A stretch of 63,669 nucleotides of DNA, the filler included, from Thraustochytrium aureum (Eukaryota): assembly GCA_012862495.1 (NCBI GenBank). It is 8 parts of 6 records of this genome, joined end to end, with 100 filler letters (N's around TTAATTAATTAA, not from the genome) between each part and the next. Parts side by side here need not be neighbours in the genome. Positions count along the whole stretch, not along the records: positions 54,507 to 59,316 come from BLSG01000389.1; positions 59,417 to 61,770 come from BLSG01000392.1; positions 61,871 to 63,669 come from BLSG01000401.1; 5 more parts are not named here. One strand, 5' to 3'. The first letter of the stretch is position 1, and each line of letters begins with the position of its first letter. Below are positions 57,501 through 63,669 of the stretch, in pieces. The notes under the pieces are model-generated. The model was not told the DNA's origin and made no database searches. It worked only from the letters and a program-made list of their open reading frames with translations. The translations under genes were made by a program, and so were the position numbers.

Positions 57501-58918
57501 TGTCTGCTCGCTCCGGTGTCTACCACAAGAAGTGCTTTGGTAGGGCAGTGTGATACCCGCCCCGTGACCGCGTCTTCGGGGCGCAGATCACCGTCCTCGC
57601 CATTGCTCGTGGCGACTTGCACAGTACCATCAAACCCAAGATGCCCCGCGTCCCACGCGTTCTCTGGAATGCCCGGCTCATCGTCTTGGGAGGGTTCTGG
57701 CTCGGTACGGAGCACCATGGACCAGCCTTGTTGTCCGGCATCTCGACCTGCAGGGGTGGCCGCATCTCCCCGCGCCTCGCCTAGGGTGGACAGGGTCCTG
57801 TTCAGTTGGGCGAGCTGCGTCGACAGACGCTCAGCAAAATCCCCCTGGAGGTGGCCTGCAGCATATGTGCTGCTCTGGACGCCCTGAGCCTGTAAGTCCG
57901 GTTGGTGGCTCGTCACATACGTGCCACCGCTGTTTCCTTTTGCTCGGGGTTCCTTGCTGCTGTCGCCCCTTTGGTGCCTTGCATGCGCGTGGCCGTCGTT
58001 TCTTCCCTTTCCGGTCCCACGCGGTCCGTTCCGCCTTGTTCCCTGCGTCCCAAGAAGCGGGCAGTCCCTCTTGTAATGCCCCTGCTCCCCACAGTTGAAG
58101 CAGATGACTTCGCCGTGGGGTTTGCCCTTCGCTTTCGTCGCGGGGCGTCGGCGGGACTGCGCCTTCCCGCCGTGCTGGGAACCCGTCTGTGCACTGTAAA
58201 GCACAGTACCCCCTCTGCCTTGCCTCTCCTTTGCCACTCTGAGGATCGTGGTTAGCTTTGACAGGGCAATGTTGAGGGAGTCTCTCGGCGTCAGTCGCCC
58301 GCGCGTGATTTGCTGTTGGAGTTCCTGCGCGGCGACTGTCTCGCTGCGCAGGTCTTCCTTCAGGTCCGCTCCGAGGCGCCCAACGGCGTCCATCAGGAAT
58401 GAGTGCACGGTCGCCTGTGAAACCGTGTTCGAATCCAGGTCGGGGAAGGCGTCTACGCTCGCGACCCGGAACAGCGTCGCGTTTTCGATACCGACCTTGT
58501 TTAGATCGAACTTCCACTCCTTCAGTCGTCGCAACTCAGGCGGATCGCCGCCTCGACCTGGCACGACGCATGCCTCTTCGAGGAGGCGGTAGGCCTCGAG
58601 GCCACCTCGCATGTTTCTCCTCGTAGGCATTGCCTGGAGTGCGAAGGTTTTCGCAGCGGGCCCGCTCTTGCTGAGCGACACATCGATGAAGATCTGGAAC
58701 ATCTTGTCCAGAGTCTCAGGGATGTAGCCCACTGGGGCCTTGTCGACCAGAAGGATGATCGCTTCGGTGCGCACTCCATGACCTCTCAGCTCGTCACCCA
58801 GTTTCTGGACGAGCTTGTCGCGGTACGCGCCAAAAGCGTTCGGCCCTTTGAATTCGATGTTCGGCACGTCTCGGAGGCGGTCCTGCCAGTCCTTTGGCTT
58901 CATCGTAACCCTAAACAA
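54507..58918 (-). CDS. Copia gag-pol polyprotein; upstream gag portion in another frame (58911-59316)
   Basis: About 1470 uninterrupted codons with the motifs listed for the element. Confidence 0.93.
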
Positions 58919-59316
58919 TCGCCTCTGCGTCCCTCAGGGTCATCCCAGGCGTCGCGTCTCTCAGGTCGCACGACTCTTTAGATGCCGTCGCCGCCCTGGC
59001 ACTGTGTGTCGTGCTGGACGCGTTGGGCGTTCCCTGGGACGTCGCGCTGTGGGGTGGACTGTTCGATCGGTTTCGGTCTCGATTGAGGTGTCTATCGTGA
59101 TCCTCTTCATCCTCGACCACGTCCCTCGGTGGGGGAGTCCCGCTCTCTCGGTAGTAGGTCTCCCCCCTCCCCTCTGCAGGCCCCGGTGCCCGCAGGATCT
59201 GAGAGCCCGGTTCTGGGGTTCTCTGCCGGAATTCGGCCTCGACAAAACTATACTGGATCTCTTCACCAAGTTCCCGGTACATCTGTCGCATCTTCCCGTC
59301 GATCGCTTCGACGAGA
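54507..59316 (-). mobile_element. second, unrelated Ty1/Copia retrotransposon (internal region, truncated in RNase H and at the gag 5' end)
   Basis: Zinc knuckle CFNCGEQGHYKRDC. Protease VVDTGASRH. WHARLGH..CIPC. Integrase VSVDL/TDRGPEF/NPVE. RT ADVKAAYLYG, ALYGL, YVDD. RNase H FSDAD. Confidence 0.95.
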
Positions 59317-59416
59317 NNNNNNNNNNNNNNNNNNNNNNNNNNNNNNNNNNNNNNNNNNNNTTAATTAATTAANNNNNNNNNNNNNNNNNNNNNNNNNNNN
59401 NNNNNNNNNNNNNNNN

Positions 59417-61770
59417 TGCTGCTTGGGCTTGGCGTCTTGATGACTAGCCGGGTTTTGTTGGCTTTCCCAAGCAATCACCGCACAGAGAACGCTTGCCTCG
59501 ATGACTGCCACTGCTATGGCAATCGAGTTGAGACGGCTGCGACCCTGATCAAATGTTGCCCCAACTACCACGGAGGACGCGAGCGAGGCCGTGAGCAGCA
59601 AGCCCAATGAGGCCTCGGCGAGGGCCTGGTCTGCAGCGCGCAGATACGGTTTCCGCTTGACGAGAATTACCAGAGCGACGACAAGGACGAACATGAAGGC
59701 TGGCTGAGCGGCGTACGGAGCGGCGTGGCTGAGGAGTAGGAACGCCGACGTCAGGAGGAGCTTTCGGAGGAGCTCGAGGCACTCGAACAAACTGTTGCCG
59801 TCCGTGTAGTTGCGCGAGAGGAACGCAGCTGCGTCGATGACGGCAAAGTTCTGATAGAGTTCCTCTGCGGTCAGTTTCGAAGGCTGTGACCCAGGCTCGT
59901 CAAGACCCGCCTGCGAAGCATGGGCTTGTGGCGAACCGTCCGAAGCATCTGCACACGGTTCCACGCATTTCTGGTCGCCTTGAATTTGGGGGCCACTGTC
60001 TGCCGTGTCTTTCGAAGAACGCGTGCCTGAATCCGCGTTGTCTGTGCTTGGAGTCGACGAGCGCGTCTTCGAGCGAGGCGTAGGCTCTGCACGCGACTGT
60101 GAGGCTCTCTTGAAGAGATAGACGCAGCACGCGAAGACCAGGATGACGCCGATGGGGTAGACGAACACCATGGCGAGCCCGAACGCGCGCCAGTCCCTGC
60201 TAACAGGATCGTCAAAGTCTATCGACACGTCCGCCGCCAAGGCCCGGCGGAAGCTTATGGGGTCTATCGGTTCTGCGAGGCTATCCACCTGAAATGGCTC
60301 GTCCACGAACAAGCTCAAGACTGCGCTGCTGACTCCAGGATACACCAAAAAGAGGATCTGCAAGGCCAGATAGAGCACCATCCACTTGGCTGCCCGAGAG
60401 CCCGACGGGGCGACCACGGTGACGATCAAAAGAGCGACGAGCATCAGCCCGACGCACACGAGCGGCGCGCAAGCGTACGCGAGCACAAAGTGGTAGTAGT
60501 TGAGGTTTGCGAAGCACTTGATGCGCAAGAGCGCCAGCACGGATGTGACGTCCAGATTGAACACAATGTCGGCAGCGGACCTGGCCTCGTCCAGAGCCTG
60601 GGGCTCGGGCAGTATCGCTGGGAGCGCACTGCCAGTGATCTGCACGTACTGGAACAGGACCTGAGCAAAGCCGATCACGATACGCACCTTGACGCCAGTG
60701 AACAGCTTTGACACGGACCGGAAGAGCCTGGACAAACAGGACGCGCACGTTTCGTATCCCGGAGGCCGTGGCGCCTTTGGCGGGGACGGCACTTTGACGC
60801 AGCAACCCGTTCGGCTTTCTGGCTCTTCGCCAAGCCGCTCCAAGCGCAGCCTCTTCGCCGCAAGCGAACCGTACCAAGTCACAGACACTGCTGGCAGCAC
60901 AAGAATGACCGCCACGGCAACGCACCAACCAAAGAAGCGCGCCCGGTCCTCGCTCTCTACCTCCGGCGTGCACTCTCGGCACCCGTCGGGGCCCATTGCG
61001 TACGACTCGATGCAGCCCATGCAGAGGTTTCCTGTATGGCCCGGGCGGCAGAAGGCCTTGGTTCCAAGTTTCCGGGAAGCTCCTGGTGGAACACCCTGGC
61101 AGAAGTCGACAGGCTCGCACCGCCTGACTTGGAGCGAGTCGAGCGTGGGGCGCCAAGCGCCGTAGAGCAGCCCAACGCTGCCAGTATCGAGCCCTCGCAT
61201 GCTACAGTTGAGCTTGTCCGAAAACTCAGCCGAGGCGCACGAGATCGCAACCGAGCCGTTCTTAAAGTTGCCAGCGACCGTGACGCAGTCAGATATGGAC
61301 TTTGAGCCTGCTTGGGGCGTGGTCGGGAATTGGTCGGGGCAAAGGGTGCATTGAGGCTCTCCAGAGAACGAAATGACGCCGTACTGGCCTGCTGGACAGG
61401 GCAAGCAGCCACGAGTCGGGTCTTTCGCTTCGCCAAGGTCGCACTGTGCGAGCAGTAGCCGCCGCAACAACAGGCGCCCAATTTCCCCAGCCAGCCAGCG
61501 TTCTGGTTCGCACTGCGAACTCGTACGTCGTGCCTGGCTCGAGGCCGCTGATGGTTGCGAACGTGCGTTTTGTCAAGCAGCGCAACGCAGTTCTAACAGG
61601 CTTGTCCCCAGTGGTGAACGGGGGCGCCAACCCGTCCCCTTCCTCATCGGTTGCACTGTCCTTGCAGGTTACTTGGTCGTCGGTTAGCTTGGCATTCCCG
61701 GCCGGCGTGATAACAAACTCGTACAAGTCGATTTGGCCGTTTGGCTGGGCGGGGGCTTGCCACTCGAACC
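59417..61770 (-). CDS. large cell-surface protein fragment: FN3 + Cys-rich repeats + multi-pass TM C-terminus (frameshift near 61460)
   Basis: FN3 ISGLEPGTTYEFAVRTRTLAGWG. Cys-rich CLPCPAGQY..CTLCP and CRPGHTGNLCMGC. TM region VKVRIVIGFAQV, FLVYPGVS, VYPIG, FECLELLRKLLLT, KPY. Confidence 0.8.
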
Positions 61771-63669
61771 NNNNNNNNNNNNNNNNNNNNNNNNNNNNNN
61801 NNNNNNNNNNNNNNTTAATTAATTAANNNNNNNNNNNNNNNNNNNNNNNNNNNNNNNNNNNNNNNNNNNNTTGTGGTTTGGGGTCTGCTCGATCGCTCAC
61901 GCATGGGCTGCTTTGGAGCGCCAAAGGACTTGATCTTCCCTGCGAAGCGTGGCGCACGAGCGTCTTTGGGGACAAGAAGACTGCCATTCCGGTCAGGAGA
62001 GCGATAGAGGCGTTACTCTGCAGGTCCACGAGCGGAGTCCCAGAAGGCCAGCGAGCTCGTGCTCTCTCTTCGGTCAACAACTCCCGTATCGTACTCGTCG
62101 AGCTGGCAAAGCACCTGGATGACCGAATAGATGAGAGGAGAGTGCATCTGAATCTGATGAATTCTGCTGAACTGAACAGCCCTTGGGTTGGACTAACAAT
62201 AAACTCTGACACGGGCCACGGTAGGTAGTCTACTCGCTCTCCGCACAGCAAGAGGCGCGGAGATGTGGCGGCGCAACAAACCCCTCGCGGCTCGGTCCTA
62301 CCAGCCTTGTACGCCCCACGCCACGTCACGCGGCGCGGAGGCCACGTTTTTTGGCGAAAGTTAAAAAAACTGAGCAACAGGACCAGGCCGTCAGAGACCG
62401 CCTCTCGTCATTGCGCAGCGCGCCACTGAACCGCAGCCCTCACAGCCGCCATAGTTCGCCTGACCCTGTTCTCCACGCGCCGCGCCGCGGCGGCTCTCGG
62501 ATGGATGGAGACGGTTCATTTCAGCTTGGGACTCGAATTGTAACGGAAAGTCCCCGAGTCGTTTTCTTGAAAATCCTCGATGCGATGCGCCTTGGAGAAT
62601 GGCGCGGGTGATTGACTCTGAGGAGCCGTGGCTTCGCCGCGCCGGATGGCGACAGCGCGGGACGCGAGCTGCCAGTGGGCTGGCTGGCTCTTTTCCCCAG
62701 ACGTTTGTTTACAAGGTGAGTGGAGAGTTTTTCCACATTCAGTCTCATGCATTCTCGCGTATGCACTGACCATTCGTCCCGTTCCTGCGGGCTGGCGCGG
62801 CGGGCGCGTGGCCGTCTGCTCGAGCCCGTGCTAGCAGCCAACGCGTCTGTTTTCCGCTAGTTGAAGGGCGTACCGGAAGGTGGCGGTTTCGGGTCTTTCG
62901 ACCTCCGTCCCGTCCAACGTGCTTCAAAGTCAGCGGGTTGTGCACGGTTTGGCAGAGTATTGGGACCTGCGACCGGTCTCGTCTGCTGTTTGGGACTCAT
63001 GACTGGTGTCGATGGAAGGGCAGCATGTTATGTGCGCAAGCGCGTCAACCGCCGCTTCGCTCAACCACGCAACTGCCATCAACTCCCATGGTGATCCATG
63101 TGGTTGGGGCTGTTCGGGTTACTCTACCTTGCAGCACCAACAAGGACGACTCGCTGCGCCCCTGAGGCAGCTCGCTGAAGAGGAACCAGGCCACCCCCAT
63201 GAGGGCTGGTAGCCAAGTGCCATGTTGTACTGGCGTGGTGTAGTTCGTCAAGCGTTTCTCCCATCAACAAGTGCAGGAGTGATCAAGATCGGGGTGCCAA
63301 CACCAGCCTGTCAAGCACGCACGGGCCCCGTCGTTGGCCAACGACGGTCCGTATAGATCAAGACAAGATGCACGACGTTTCACGTTTGCGCCGGATGGAT
63401 GATGGGTAGGTATATCACGGAGTCAGCCAGCGCATTCGACCTCATGATCACTCGAGCGGGTAGTAGCAGCCGCCGTACGAATCCGAGGCCATCCTCAACT
63501 GACCACGCTACGTGTCGGACAACGGCGCGCTCGCTCCGTGGAATTAGGCTCCGATCATCAGTCAGAAGAGGCTCTGGTCGCCGCGACTTCGAGGCGGCCC
63601 CGCTGTTCACGGCGTGATTGCTAACACGCTCGACGTTGGTCGGTCGCGTGCGTGCCAAGACTTGCTCTG

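Overview
GC-rich eukaryotic DNA from a draft assembly, probably a stramenopile-like protist (inferred from GT-AG introns, a KDEL protein and the gene families present). It consists of eight contigs joined by seven artificial 100-nt N44-TTAATTAATTAA-N44 linkers, with many N-gaps and homopolymer frameshifts that look like sequencing errors. Recognisable host genes include an OCRL/INPP5B phosphatase, a UBL protein, a SAM methyltransferase, a TMEM8-like protein, a giant IQ/WW/B-box protein, an OTU deubiquitinase, a RING protein, a class I haem peroxidase, a sulfotransferase, a bestrophin, an SDR, an epoxide hydrolase, an ER FKBP and a B12D/NDUFA4 protein. Two unrelated Ty1/Copia retrotransposons are present. 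The main finding is an apparently intact Fanzor (eukaryotic TnpB-like RNA-guided nuclease, Fanzor1-like) at 34777-36397 (-). It lies in a lower-GC island, has all three RuvC acidic residues and a zinc finger, and has a structured 3' region that is a candidate omegaRNA and transposon right end. Uncharacterised ORF fragments lie beside it.
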